64,000 nucleotides of DNA from Bdellovibrio sp. (GTDB lineage: Bacteria; Bdellovibrionota; Bdellovibrionia; Bdellovibrionales; Bdellovibrionaceae): contig JAKFBS010000002.1 of assembly GCA_036677065.1 (NCBI GenBank), positions 256,001 through 320,000 of the forward strand, written 5' to 3'. Positions 9,501 through 18,325 of this stretch are shown piece after piece. Numbering within the stretch: the stretch's first letter is position 1; every line of letters starts with the position of its first letter. A program made the position numbers and the translations under genes. The notes beneath the pieces were generated by a model. That model was not told where the DNA came from. It saw nothing but the letters and a program-made list of their open reading frames with translations, and made no database searches.

Positions 9501-10849
9501 CGACAAATACTTTAGATGTTGTCGGGTTTGGGTTAAATGTAACACGCGATCAAACTTTTGGTACGGTAGCCACTTTTAAAAAAGCTTACACGGCAACGTT
9601 TAATGAAGATCCGTACGTTCAGTTTCTGCATCAAACCGCATCGGGTGGAGCCTTTGGGCGCTATGGGTATATTCAATCAGGACAAAGTCATAGCGGTATG
9701 ACGGTGCAAGCCGAAGATGGTTCAGGTACTCCTGCAAATTTAATGTTAAATAAATCGGGTGGCAGCGTTGGTGTTGGTACGTCTTCTGCCGCAAGTATGA
9801 CGGCCAGATTCAACGTTGTTGGTTCATCTGGCGGAGAAGTTGCGCAGTACATTCATAATACAAATCCTGCAGGTTATTCTGTTATTCGCATGAATAACAA
9901 CTGGGGAGGCTTTGCCAGCGGAACAGCTCTGCATAGTTTTGGCCCTGGTTATGGCTCTGCGGGTTCTGCCTATTCACCGTTGACGACAACATTGACTGGT
10001 TTTGAATCAGGTGGTTTAAACCTGCACGCTAACGTTGGACCGATTCGTTTTTTCACCGGCGGAAATGATGCTGTAAACCAACAAATGCATTTAACTGCTG
10101 CAGGAAATTTTGGTATTGGTACAAGTTCGCCAACGGCGCGTTTAAATATCGGTGGTCTTGGCGCAGCCAATGCCACAGCTCTTCGTATCGATTCGCAAGA
10201 TACTTATTACCGCGATATTTTTATGAGTGAATTTAATACGACAACATATGGTGGTATTTTACGTTACAATTCGGGTTCTGATTTGTTGCAATTAATTACT
10301 TTAGAAAACAGTGTTGAAAAATATGGTATCGCCGTTGCGCGCGCCACTGGCTTTGTCGGTGTTGGCAGAAATTCAGCAGCTGCATATCAACTGGATGTGA
10401 GTGGAAGTGTTCGTATCAGCGGCGAAGCCTTTCGCGATGACGGGGTGGCAACGTGGGCAATGACCTCAGATGCGCGGTTAAAAGATGTGGTGTCTGGTTA
10501 TGATCGCGGTTTAAATGAAATTTTAAACATCGATACTATTGTTTTTAAATATAAAAAAGATAATCCTAAAAAATTAAATTCAGAGAAGGAATTTCCGGGA
10601 GTGCTGGCGCAACAAGTGCAAAAAGTTATTCCTGAAGCTGTAGATACAGATAAGGATGGATTTTTATCTTTGAATACGACTCCAATCATTTGGGCGATGT
10701 TAAATGCGATTAAAGACGTATATCATGAAGTGACGGGTGTTCAGCGTGAAATAGCTTCGCTAAAAGAAGAAAATATAGCAAAAGAGCAAGAGATCAAAGA
10801 ATTAAAAGAACGTTTAGACCGTATTGAAAAATCATTACAAAATAAATAA
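6599..10849 (+). CDS. Second large trimeric fibre adhesin with C-terminal peptidase S74 chaperone, paralogue of 790..5781
   Basis: N-terminal domain nearly identical to adhesin 1 (AGPA.TTYQAKIIKPDG...QFHDGSGWQTLPAM), about 10 GxVGIGT repeats, SDARLK at 10466, coiled-coil end. Confidence 0.88.
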   Translation: MNRTAGRALSHFATIIFLLFCSLFTFAGPARTTYQAKIIKPDGYPLEAASVNFKFTILDPAGACILYSETYSSVNMNSTGGLISFSLGSGVKTYPVSSPTFEDVFSNISPSLSCDVGGPVSYSPLATDTRKIVMQFHDGSGWQTLPAMNINAVPYAMFANEALTLNGKADSAFVEVANIPTCLSTEALRYNGTSFSCITTSEVSAAAVVAALGYTPATGASVTALTSSLSTTDSLLSQVSATVFSVSSTVSSLASSVSALTSSQWLSSGTSISYGAGNVGVGTSSPTSLLHLYSESAVFQQLLIDAARNSAGSYGLVFQKSRGNTSLRTPSLNGDRLGELIFQGYTDGSYPGESAKIRVTAAEAASATGVGGRIQFMTTAVGASAPVERVRFESDGHVGIGTTTPVTNLDVSGGVRISMEPAACAVSFAGTLRYNSGLVEYCNGTAWSAFGVAGAGITLFNGSASGTQSFVTGISGTNFNISSVNGVHSFNIPLASSAAVTAGLLSNADYVTFNSKVSATSASVITALGYTPASAATVATLSTNTAASFSAITSSQWVTSGSEIHYNSGYVGIGVSAALSRLTVANITPDTPIVAEGANSISIFGDGHTYFQGRDVTNGVEFVMGTSTAAGEVFAGSMSDHSFTLRTGNNRRMVFTASGAIGVGITSPTAKLHIGAGSSTLPSLKLTSSTLVPSPQAGSIEYDGFNFFITDGSDTRRAIASDDNANFTAGHIVASGSLNLTNSANLYLTATASDVGDIIFQEASGTQKGRIWSNPSAVGLFLSSGDTTPDITINAAGNVGIGTQTPTEKLEVSGAIKVPGVGQIGPAGGFGYAMYTTGTNNFIGQMYGAASGIQFTNSVGSNTFFISENGRTGLGTSSPAALLNLVGTDAYNNLLIDSPNYSALTARGGATSGWPLVQLSHQGVGGKSWNIEAGRHSANSFGIYDTASGVTRFSISSVGNIGIGTVAPTNTLDVVGFGLNVTRDQTFGTVATFKKAYTATFNEDPYVQFLHQTASGGAFGRYGYIQSGQSHSGMTVQAEDGSGTPANLMLNKSGGSVGVGTSSAASMTARFNVVGSSGGEVAQYIHNTNPAGYSVIRMNNNWGGFASGTALHSFGPGYGSAGSAYSPLTTTLTGFESGGLNLHANVGPIRFFTGGNDAVNQQMHLTAAGNFGIGTSSPTARLNIGGLGAANATALRIDSQDTYYRDIFMSEFNTTTYGGILRYNSGSDLLQLITLENSVEKYGIAVARATGFVGVGRNSAAAYQLDVSGSVRISGEAFRDDGVATWAMTSDARLKDVVSGYDRGLNEILNIDTIVFKYKKDNPKKLNSEKEFPGVLAQQVQKVIPEAVDTDKDGFLSLNTTPIIWAMLNAIKDVYHEVTGVQREIASLKEENIAKEQEIKELKERLDRIEKSLQNK

Positions 10850-10851
10850 AA

Positions 10852-11256
10852 CTATTCGCACTCGATGAAATTTGTGACTTCGCCATCACTCCAGGCCATC
10901 GTGCGTTTAAGTTCGGTCACGTCATAGTTGTAGGTCACCCTTTTGATAAAAATAATTGCAAGCATTCCCACTTTAAGAGTTAAAATATTATCACTCGTGA
11001 TGCTCCATTGAAAAGTTTCTGGGTTGGTTTGTTGATTTGGCTTTGTGGCTGTAGCGGTGAGATCTTTGTTAAATTGCCATTTATACTCAGTAGCCCCAGT
11101 TGTTGTATTTCGTTGGCACCAGCTATTGGCTACAAGGTTATTAACCGCAAGTTCATTAACCTGAGATCTGGGTTCGGTTCTTAGAGTGTTGGCTTCTGGG
11201 GCGCAAGCCATTAAAAACAGAAAAAATAATAAAATAAAACCTCTTTGTTTTTTCAT
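10852..11256 (-). CDS. Hypothetical lipoprotein
   Basis: Lipobox LMA-C after a hydrophobic stretch; start overlaps the nnrD stop. Confidence 0.7.
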   Translation of the reverse strand: MKKQRGFILLFFLFLMACAPEANTLRTEPRSQVNELAVNNLVANSWCQRNTTTGATEYKWQFNKDLTATATKPNQQTNPETFQWSITSDNILTLKVGMLAIIFIKRVTYNYDVTELKRTMAWSDGEVTNFIECE

Positions 11257-12062
11257 AATTTCTTTCTTAATGAATAGATTGTTTGCGGAAGAAATTTTAA
11301 CAGGTCACTGGCCATAAAAGATAGCGCATCTTTGTCTTTTATCCAGTGATCAGCCATATGACCATGTAGGCCACAAGCTAACACGCACGCATTCATCGGT
11401 TTTAACCCCTGAGAGAGAAAGCCGGTAATCATTCCAGTTAGAACATCACCTGTGCCAGCCTTTGCTAGCGCTTGGTTTCCAGTTTGAATTTCATAAATGT
11501 TTTGCGCATTGGCAATTAAGGTATGGTGGCCTTTCAATATCACAATGCCGCCGAATTTTTGTTGTGCAAGCTTTACAGCTTTAAGACGATCGGCACGAAT
11601 TTCATCGGCTGTGATTTTTAATAGTTTCGCCATTTCGCCTTCATGGGGAGTCATGATCCAGTTGTCGGGTAGTTGCTTAACCAGTGGTAAGGCGCTGGCA
11701 TCAATGACCACAGATTGTGTAAATGTTTTTTTTATGTGTAAAAACATTTTTTTTATTTCTGGAGTTAGTCTTAGGCCCGGTCCGATCGCGATCGACGAAA
11801 AGGGTTCTAGATTTAAATTCGCTGTCAGTTTCAACGACAAAAAATCTGGATACAAATTAAGATCTTTAGTTCGCGCGGGTAGATAAACGTAACCAGCGCC
11901 AACACGATACGCCGCCAAGCCGCAAAGAAAGCTCGCTCCCCAAAGGCCTTCTGAACCTGCAATAATAAGGCATTTACCACTATCATGTTTATGAGCAAAC
12001 TGAGTTCGTCGTGGTAAAAGAGCGGGCAAATCTTTTTTTGTGATCCGTATTACTGATGCCAT
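11253..12062 (-). CDS. nnrD: ADP-dependent NAD(P)H-hydrate dehydratase (YjeF C-terminal domain only)
   Basis: HKHDSG.CLIIAGS, IGPGL, VIDA, TPHEGE, LKG, LAKAGTGDVLTG motifs. Confidence 0.9.
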   Translation of the reverse strand: MASVIRITKKDLPALLPRRTQFAHKHDSGKCLIIAGSEGLWGASFLCGLAAYRVGAGYVYLPARTKDLNLYPDFLSLKLTANLNLEPFSSIAIGPGLRLTPEIKKMFLHIKKTFTQSVVIDASALPLVKQLPDNWIMTPHEGEMAKLLKITADEIRADRLKAVKLAQQKFGGIVILKGHHTLIANAQNIYEIQTGNQALAKAGTGDVLTGMITGFLSQGLKPMNACVLACGLHGHMADHWIKDKDALSFMASDLLKFLPQTIYSLRKKL

Positions 12063-12109
12063 CTAACGTAAAGCATTGCAGATTAAGTGCCATATGCTAC
12101 CAATTATAT

Positions 12110-12526
12110 ATGTCGAATCAGCTTTTTCTTAAAACTGCGTTGTTAATCGCTTTCATTGCCACCGCGGGAAGTTTGTTTTTTAGTGAAGTCATGAGTCTTC
12201 CGCCCTGCGTTTTGTGCTGGTATCAGCGCATTATGATGTATCCATTGATTTTAATTTTCGGTGTGGGACTTTTTCGTAATGCGAAAGAGTCATTTATCTA
12301 CGGTCTGGCTTTAAGTTGTACAGGTTTAGTGATCGCGATTTATCATAATCTTTTATATTATCATCTGATTCCTGAAAGCATTACTCCCTGTACTTCTGGG
12401 GTATCTTGCACTTCGCGACAAATCGAATGGCTTGGTTTTATCACGATTCCAATGTTGTCACTGATCGCATTTATCTTAATTACAGTTATAGGGTTTCAAG
12501 TTTTAAAGAATAAGGAAAATAAATAA
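12110..12526 (+). CDS. Disulfide bond formation protein DsbB/BdbC family
   Basis: GSLFFSE...PCVLCWYQRIMMYP, four TM helices, second Cys pair. Start moved to ATG 12110 to avoid overlap with divergent nnrD. Confidence 0.9.
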   Translation: MSNQLFLKTALLIAFIATAGSLFFSEVMSLPPCVLCWYQRIMMYPLILIFGVGLFRNAKESFIYGLALSCTGLVIAIYHNLLYYHLIPESITPCTSGVSCTSRQIEWLGFITIPMLSLIAFILITVIGFQVLKNKENK

Positions 12527-13158
12527 TGAAAAAGAATATTGCTTTTTTAGTTGCAGTTATTGCGGTTGTTGCAGGAATTTTTGCATTCATGCGTTCACAG
12601 TACCGCGAACAAAAACAAGATGTCGTAAATACACAAGCTTCAGAGCATTTGCTTCGTGATAATCATCCATCAATCGGCGATCCGGCAGCCAAAGTAACAC
12701 TTATTGAATTTCTTGACCCAGAATGCGAAGCCTGCGCCGCTGTTGATCCGACAATAAAAGGTTTAGTTAAAGAATTCGACGGTAAAGTTTATTACGTTGT
12801 TCGCTATATGCCACTGCATAAAAATTCAATGTTAGCCGCAGCAGCTCTTGAAGAAACCAGAGCCTCAGGAAAATACTTTCAAGCACTTTCAACGTTATTT
12901 TATGCTCAGCCGCAATGGGCCTCGCACCATGATCCCAAACCTGAGCTGATCGCGGTGATTTTAAAAAAATTAGATATTGATATTATGGATATTAAACCCA
13001 GTGACCTGATCGAAAAACATCGCGCCCATATTGAGCGCGACCAAGCTGATGGTAAGGCATTGGGAGTGATGGGAACACCGACTTTATTTATCAACGGCCA
13101 GATCGTTGATGATATGAGCTATCAGGGTTTAAAAACGCGCATCCAAGGTTTACTGTAG
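12526..13158 (+). CDS. DsbA/BdbD-family thiol-disulfide oxidoreductase
   Basis: N-terminal anchor, EFLDPECEAC active site, GTPTLFING cis-Pro motif. Confidence 0.88.
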   Translation: MKKNIAFLVAVIAVVAGIFAFMRSQYREQKQDVVNTQASEHLLRDNHPSIGDPAAKVTLIEFLDPECEACAAVDPTIKGLVKEFDGKVYYVVRYMPLHKNSMLAAAALEETRASGKYFQALSTLFYAQPQWASHHDPKPELIAVILKKLDIDIMDIKPSDLIEKHRAHIERDQADGKALGVMGTPTLFINGQIVDDMSYQGLKTRIQGLL

Positions 13159-14004
13159 ATGCCTGAACTTCCCGAGGTTGAGATCGTCGTCCGTAATTTA
13201 AATGATATTGTGATCGGTAAAAAGCTGATCGCCACCAAGCTTTGGCGTAAAGATATTCGTTATCCATTACCGGATAAGATTTTTCAAAAGGTGATAGAGG
13301 GTAAGAATAAACTTCTGAACATCCATCGCCGGGCGAAGTTTATCGTTATAGAGTTTGCCGATTATTTAATCATCTCGCATCTTGGGATGACAGGTAGCTG
13401 GAACACCCATAAGGGCATGTTGTCCCAGTATTCCCCCAAAAAACATGATCATTTAGCCTTTGGTTTTTCAGATAAGAAGCACAAAGAGTTGTGGCTTATA
13501 TACAACGATCCACGCCGTTTTGGTTTCGTGCACGCTATTCGCAAACAAGACTTAGCCACGTATTTTTCAGATTACGGGGTTGAGCCGCTCGAGATGACCG
13601 AGACCCAAATCGAAGATTTATATAAGATAGCTAAGCATTCAAAATCCCCAGTGAAATCGTTTATTATGAACCAAAAAAATGTCGTCGGCGTTGGCAATAT
13701 TTACGCCTGCGAAGCCTTGTTTTTAGCCGAAATAAACCCTTTTAAGATTTCTTCAAAGGTCAAAAAAGAATCATTTTTAAAACTGATTGCCGCGATTAAG
13801 AAAAACCTTAAACAAGCCATTTCAAAAGGCGGATCGAGTATTAAAAACTACAGAAACGTGAATGAAGAAGAAGGTAGTTTTCAAAAATCGCATTTGGTTT
13901 ATGGTAAAGAAAAGCAGAAGTGCAGTCGCTGCAAAACCGGAATCATTCAGCGAAAAATTCAAGCGGGTCGTTCAACTTTTTTTTGTAGTGCTTGCCAAAG
14001 GTAG
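13159..14004 (+). CDS. mutM: Formamidopyrimidine-DNA glycosylase
   Basis: MPELPEVE N-terminus, HLGMTG, DPRRFG, GVGNIYACE, C-terminal zinc finger. Confidence 0.96.
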   Translation: MPELPEVEIVVRNLNDIVIGKKLIATKLWRKDIRYPLPDKIFQKVIEGKNKLLNIHRRAKFIVIEFADYLIISHLGMTGSWNTHKGMLSQYSPKKHDHLAFGFSDKKHKELWLIYNDPRRFGFVHAIRKQDLATYFSDYGVEPLEMTETQIEDLYKIAKHSKSPVKSFIMNQKNVVGVGNIYACEALFLAEINPFKISSKVKKESFLKLIAAIKKNLKQAISKGGSSIKNYRNVNEEEGSFQKSHLVYGKEKQKCSRCKTGIIQRKIQAGRSTFFCSACQR

Positions 14005-14078
14005 GTAATTATGAGTATTTTTATTGAACACAAATTTTATAACAATAACCTTTACAGGTTTTAACAAAAGGACTTTTC

Positions 14079-14303
14079 ATGAAAGCATTAGTAGTAACAG
14101 CTTTATTAGCATTATCATTCACAACAGGTTTTACTTGTTCTAAAAACGCTCCAGAAGCAGCAGCTCCAACTGAAGCAACTCAACCTACAGCTGAAGCTAC
14201 TCCAGCAGCTCCAACTGAAGGTACTGTAGCTCCAACTGAAGGCGCAGCAGCAACTACAGCTCCTACAGAAACTCCAGCAGCAGCTCCAACTGAAACTAAG
14301 TAA
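14079..14303 (+). CDS. Small exported, possibly lipid-anchored, Ala/Pro/Thr/Glu-rich protein
   Basis: AAGGA RBS, signal peptide ending GFTC, repeated APTE units, own terminator. Confidence 0.8.
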   Translation: MKALVVTALLALSFTTGFTCSKNAPEAAAPTEATQPTAEATPAAPTEGTVAPTEGAAATTAPTETPAAAPTETK

Positions 14304-14335
14304 TTAGTTTTTTTAGCGAGATAAAGCTAGATCTG

Positions 14336-14364
14336 AAAAGCCAGTCACACGACTGGCTTTTTTT
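14336..14364 (+). terminator. Intrinsic terminator
   Basis: aaaagccagtc-acac-gactggctttt followed by T-run. Confidence 0.88.
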
Positions 14365-14401
14365 ATTTCCTCTCTCAGAGAATCCCATTTTCTATGTAGT
14401 T

Positions 14402-14429
14402 CTCTACAAAACTTGTTTAGTTTGTAGAG
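14402..14429. promoter_or_regulatory. Inverted repeat upstream of fadE, possible operator
   Basis: CTCTACAAA-N10-TTTGTAGAG with perfect 9-bp arms. Confidence 0.35.
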
Positions 14430-14584
14430 TTTTAACTCGACCATCCCGATACAATGCACGCCACCTTATCAACGCTGTTTAAAGCAACCTCTGTAACATA
14501 GGTTTTTTGCTCTAGAGAAACCCCCTTGTCAGACGTAATAGAAGGTGCTGAAATAAATGTATATTTATACATCAAGGAGTTTTC

Positions 14585-17092
14585 GTGGATGCATTTCTAA
14601 CCTACCAAGGATTTTTAACGAGCTGCGGGCCTATGTGGGCGCTGATCGTTGGATCAATTTTTATTCTACTTTTCATCGGCTTTTTTGATCTGCCGTTGTT
14701 TGTTTGGGCGGTGGTTTCTGTCGGATTGCTATTCGGCTTAGGCGCTCCTAGTGCAGTAACTGCAGTTGTGGCAGCGTTATTTATTCTATTCTTAATCAAG
14801 CCAATCAGAACATTGTTAATTTCATCACCACTAATGAAATTGATGAAAGGCATTATGCCAAACATCTCGCAAACCGAGCGTACAGCGCTTGAGGCTGGCG
14901 TAGTTTGGATCGAAAAAGACTTGTTCTCAGGGCGACCTGATTTCAAAAAAATCTTGGCTGAACCGTACGCAAAGCTTACCGCTGAAGAGCAAGCGTTCAT
15001 GGATGGTCCAGTTGAAGAGCTTTGCAAAATGGCAAATCCTTGGAAAATCTGGCGTAACCGTGAAATGCCGCAAGAAATGTGGCAATTTGTAAAAGACAAA
15101 GGCTTTTTAGGAATGATCATTCCTAAAGAATACGGTGGTCTAGGTTTTTCTAATATGGCGCACTCTGAAGTGGTCATGAAATTATCGACGCGTTCAATTT
15201 CAGCTTCAATCTCTGTGATGGTGCCGAACTCTTTAGGGCCTGCAGAATTATTAATTCACTACGGAACTGAAGCACAAAAAAACCACTGGTTACCTCGTTT
15301 AGCCAAAGGCCAAGAGATTCCGTGTTTCGGCCTAACTGAACCACTAGCTGGTTCTGATGCCGGATCAATCACTTCTTCTGGAGTAGTTTTTAAAGACACT
15401 GACGGAAAATTAAAAATCAAATTAAACTGGAACAAACGTTGGATCACATTAGCATCTGTTTCAACAGTGATCGGCATGGCTTTCCGCTTGCGCGATCCAG
15501 AAAATCTATTAGGTAAAGGTGAAGACTTAGGTATCACTTGCGCGCTTGTTCCTTCAAGCACTCCGGGCGTTATCAATGATCGTCGTCATGATCCTTTATC
15601 GATTCCTTTTCACAATTGTCCTACTCAAGGTAAAGACGTTGTCATCACAGTTGAAGACTCAGTCGTTGGCGGAGCTGAAGGCTGCGGTAAAGGTTGGGGC
15701 ATGTTAATGGAATGTCTGGCTGCAGGTCGCGGCGTTTCATTACCGGCGCAATCAACGGGTGGATTAAAACTTTGTTACCGTACAGCTTCATCACACGCTT
15801 TTATTCGTAAACAATTCGGTCTTTCAATTGGTAAATTTGAAGGTGTTGAAGAGCCGATGGCTCGTATCGGCGCTAAAGCTTACGGTTTAGATGCGGCTCG
15901 TAGATTTACATTAGGTGCGCTTGATAAAGGTGTTAAACCTCCGGTAGTCACTGCAATGATGAAATACCACGCGACAGAAATGTCTCGTTCTGCAGTTAAT
16001 GATTGTATGGATATCATGGGCGGCGCGGGGATTTCATTAGGACAAAGAAATTTAATCGCTGAAGGTTACGTTGCAATGCCAATCGGTATTACAGTTGAAG
16101 GCGCGAACATCATGACAAGAACTTTGATCATCTTTGGTCAAGGGGCTTTACGTTGCCATCCTTACGCTTTTGACGAAGTGCGCGCTGTAGAAGCGGGTGA
16201 TGCAAAAGCATTTGATACAGCTTTCTGGGGCCACATCGGTCACGTTGTATCGAACCTTTGCCGTTCTAAATTATTATCATTATCTCGTGGTTATTTAGCG
16301 TGTGCACCGTCAGGCGTTCATCCTAAAACAAAAATCCACTATCGTCGTTTACAATGGGCAAGTGCCACATTTGCTATTTTAGCAGACGTTGCAATGGGTA
16401 CATTAGGCGGACAATTAAAATTAAAAGAAAAAATCACAGGTCGTTTTGCTGATATTTTCTCGCACATGTATTTATCGACTGCGGCGTTACGTAGATTCGA
16501 AGAAGAAGGTCAACGTGAAGAAGATCTTCCTTATTTACAGTACTTCTTAAAAGATCAAATGGCGCAAATTCAAAAATCGTTTGATGGTTTATTTGATAAT
16601 TTAAAACTAGATGTTCCAGTTATTGGTGGCATATACCGTTTTGTGATGAAAGACATCTTAGGCGCATGGTCTCGCATCAATTCAATCGGTTCACAAGGTA
16701 CTGATGGCTGGTCTCACTTGATCACAGCATCGATGATGAAAGCTGGCGAACAACGTGACCGTATCACTGATGGTATTTACTGGTGCACTGAAAGAGGCCA
16801 TGGCCCTGCAGAAGTGATTGCCCGTTTATCTAAAGGTGATCAAACAGCTCGTTTAGAAAATGCATTTAACGTAGTTACTCGTGCCGAAGCTGCCGAGAAA
16901 AAAATTCGTGCAGCGATCAAAGCTGGTTCTATTCCTAAGAAAAAAGGAAAAGGCTCATGGGATGACGCTTTAGCCAGAAAGATTATTTCTCAAGACGAAT
17001 TCAACTTGTTATCTGAAGCCGACAAAGTGCGTTTTGATGCGATCTTAGTAGATGATTTCTCTGAGAGCGAATACCAAAATAAACTTCCTTAA
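14585..17092 (+). CDS. fadE: Long-type membrane-anchored acyl-CoA dehydrogenase
   Basis: ISQTERTALEAG, MVPNSLGPAELL, CFGLTEPLAGSDA, ITVEGANIMTR, C-terminal VDDF; AAGGAG RBS, GTG start. Confidence 0.93.
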   Translation: MDAFLTYQGFLTSCGPMWALIVGSIFILLFIGFFDLPLFVWAVVSVGLLFGLGAPSAVTAVVAALFILFLIKPIRTLLISSPLMKLMKGIMPNISQTERTALEAGVVWIEKDLFSGRPDFKKILAEPYAKLTAEEQAFMDGPVEELCKMANPWKIWRNREMPQEMWQFVKDKGFLGMIIPKEYGGLGFSNMAHSEVVMKLSTRSISASISVMVPNSLGPAELLIHYGTEAQKNHWLPRLAKGQEIPCFGLTEPLAGSDAGSITSSGVVFKDTDGKLKIKLNWNKRWITLASVSTVIGMAFRLRDPENLLGKGEDLGITCALVPSSTPGVINDRRHDPLSIPFHNCPTQGKDVVITVEDSVVGGAEGCGKGWGMLMECLAAGRGVSLPAQSTGGLKLCYRTASSHAFIRKQFGLSIGKFEGVEEPMARIGAKAYGLDAARRFTLGALDKGVKPPVVTAMMKYHATEMSRSAVNDCMDIMGGAGISLGQRNLIAEGYVAMPIGITVEGANIMTRTLIIFGQGALRCHPYAFDEVRAVEAGDAKAFDTAFWGHIGHVVSNLCRSKLLSLSRGYLACAPSGVHPKTKIHYRRLQWASATFAILADVAMGTLGGQLKLKEKITGRFADIFSHMYLSTAALRRFEEEGQREEDLPYLQYFLKDQMAQIQKSFDGLFDNLKLDVPVIGGIYRFVMKDILGAWSRINSIGSQGTDGWSHLITASMMKAGEQRDRITDGIYWCTERGHGPAEVIARLSKGDQTARLENAFNVVTRAEAAEKKIRAAIKAGSIPKKKGKGSWDDALARKIISQDEFNLLSEADKVRFDAILVDDFSESEYQNKLP

Positions 17093-17130
17093 AAGGTAGG
17101 CCGTCCCTTTTTGGGGAGCAGCGTGCCACA

Positions 17131-17170
17131 AAATAAAAAAGGCGACTATCTCTAGTCGCCTTTTTTATTT
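17131..17170. terminator. Bidirectional intrinsic terminator
   Basis: Perfect 18-bp inverted repeat aaataaaaaaggcgacta-tctc-tagtcgccttttttattt between convergent genes. Confidence 0.92.
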
Positions 17171-17190
17171 ATTTTTTAAAACTAAAATGA

Positions 17191-17844
17191 TTAGAACTTG
17201 ATTAAGCCATTGCCTAAAGAAAGTTGCGTCGATTCTTTAGATGCAAATACGTAATAAGTGACTGAAGAGTTTTGTTTGTTCTGAGATAAAATCGATTTCT
17301 CAGTTAACATTTGGTTTGGATCAATCACTAATTGGCCATCAGTTACTTGCAGATCAGCAGTTAAATATAAGTAGCCGTTAAACGGAGATAAGTAAGTCGC
17401 TACTTTTTCGTAATCAAACGGGGCTTTTACCGGAAGTAAAATCGCTTCGTTTAAACCTAAAGTTGCGTATAAAGATTGGTTACCAGAAAATTTATTAATA
17501 TTAGTTTCGCAAGTTTCATCTTCAGATTGAAGTGAAATTGAAGCAGAGATTGTTCTTGCGGTAGTGAAAGTCCAGCCAGTTTTTACATCTGTTAAAGTAA
17601 ATAACATTTGGCCGATTTCAAATTTAGCCGAAGTTACGCAGAATAAATCATTATCATCACGATGAGTAGAGTAAGTTAAACCACTGATCGACTTTGTAGT
17701 CTTCGGCGTAAAAGTTGCGCTCATCTCATAAAGACCAGCGTTTGTTTTTCCGTAAAGATTTGTGAAATCTAAAGCTGCTTTTTGAGTAAAAGCGTTTACG
17801 TTAATTGATACTGTGAAAGCGGCTAAGGCTAAAAGAAGTTTCAT
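17191..17844 (-). CDS. Hypothetical secreted protein
   Basis: Probable start MKLLLALAAFTVSINVNA with GGAG RBS; signal peptide; beta-rich. Confidence 0.75.
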   Translation of the reverse strand: MKLLLALAAFTVSINVNAFTQKAALDFTNLYGKTNAGLYEMSATFTPKTTKSISGLTYSTHRDDNDLFCVTSAKFEIGQMLFTLTDVKTGWTFTTARTISASISLQSEDETCETNINKFSGNQSLYATLGLNEAILLPVKAPFDYEKVATYLSPFNGYLYLTADLQVTDGQLVIDPNQMLTEKSILSQNKQNSSVTYYVFASKESTQLSLGNGLIKF

Positions 17845-17891
17845 ATGGTTGTCTCCCTGAAGCCTGTTTATGCCAGCTTGGCCGACATCGC

Positions 17892-18317
17892 TCAAGTCAG
17901 GGTTTTGTTAGCACTCATGAAATAATAGCCAATCCCCACTATAATCGCTGCCGGTAATCCAATAAGGCCTAACCAGTAGATTGGCTTGATAAAATAATCA
18001 AAAGCTTGTGAAGCGAATGCGGCTTCGCCAGACATATTCATTAAATTAAGCAGTGATCCTATGATCGCGCCGCTTGAGAAGATGAAAATAGGAATCACAA
18101 CGCCTTTATAAAGTAAGGTTTGTCTTTGAATTGTTTTGTCGCACCATTTAGCGACGATAATCACTGTCCAGATACCGGCAAAAATTGGGATAAAGCCATT
18201 GTATTTAGAAAATGAAAACATCATCTGAAAAAAATGTTTGTCCATGATTGCATACGCTGTGATAGCGGCAATCACTAAACCAAGAAGACTGCCAAAAAAG
18301 TAATAATTTTTCTTCAT
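17892..18317 (-). CDS. Hypothetical membrane protein (about 4 TM)
   Basis: Hydrophobic ORF with AAGGA RBS, downstream of the YccF-family gene. Confidence 0.7.
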   Translation of the reverse strand: MKKNYYFFGSLLGLVIAAITAYAIMDKHFFQMMFSFSKYNGFIPIFAGIWTVIIVAKWCDKTIQRQTLLYKGVVIPIFIFSSGAIIGSLLNLMNMSGEAAFASQAFDYFIKPIYWLGLIGLPAAIIVGIGYYFMSANKTLT

Positions 18318-18325
18318 GATAGTCC

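Noticed and set aside
790..10849. Prophage tail-fibre genes
   Set aside because: Both have Sec signal peptides, and no capsid, terminase, integrase or other phage genes are nearby. They are better explained as cellular adhesins.
790..10849. Diversity-generating retroelement or shufflon acting on the adhesins
   Set aside because: No reverse transcriptase or recombinase in the window. Repeat copies differ mostly at synonymous positions of all base types, not adenine-specifically.
14140..14300. Short direct repeats resembling a CRISPR array or VNTR
   Set aside because: In-frame APTE coding repeats with irregular short spacing and no cas genes.
14602..15576. Minus-strand ORFs inside fadE, and similar ones inside the adhesins, purL, ftsH, mtaB and der
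   Set aside because: Antisense or alternate-frame shadows of well-supported genes.
17855..17885. Sigma54 promoter (TGGCAT) upstream of the 17844 gene
   Set aside because: GG-to-GC spacing is 9 nt rather than the required 10.
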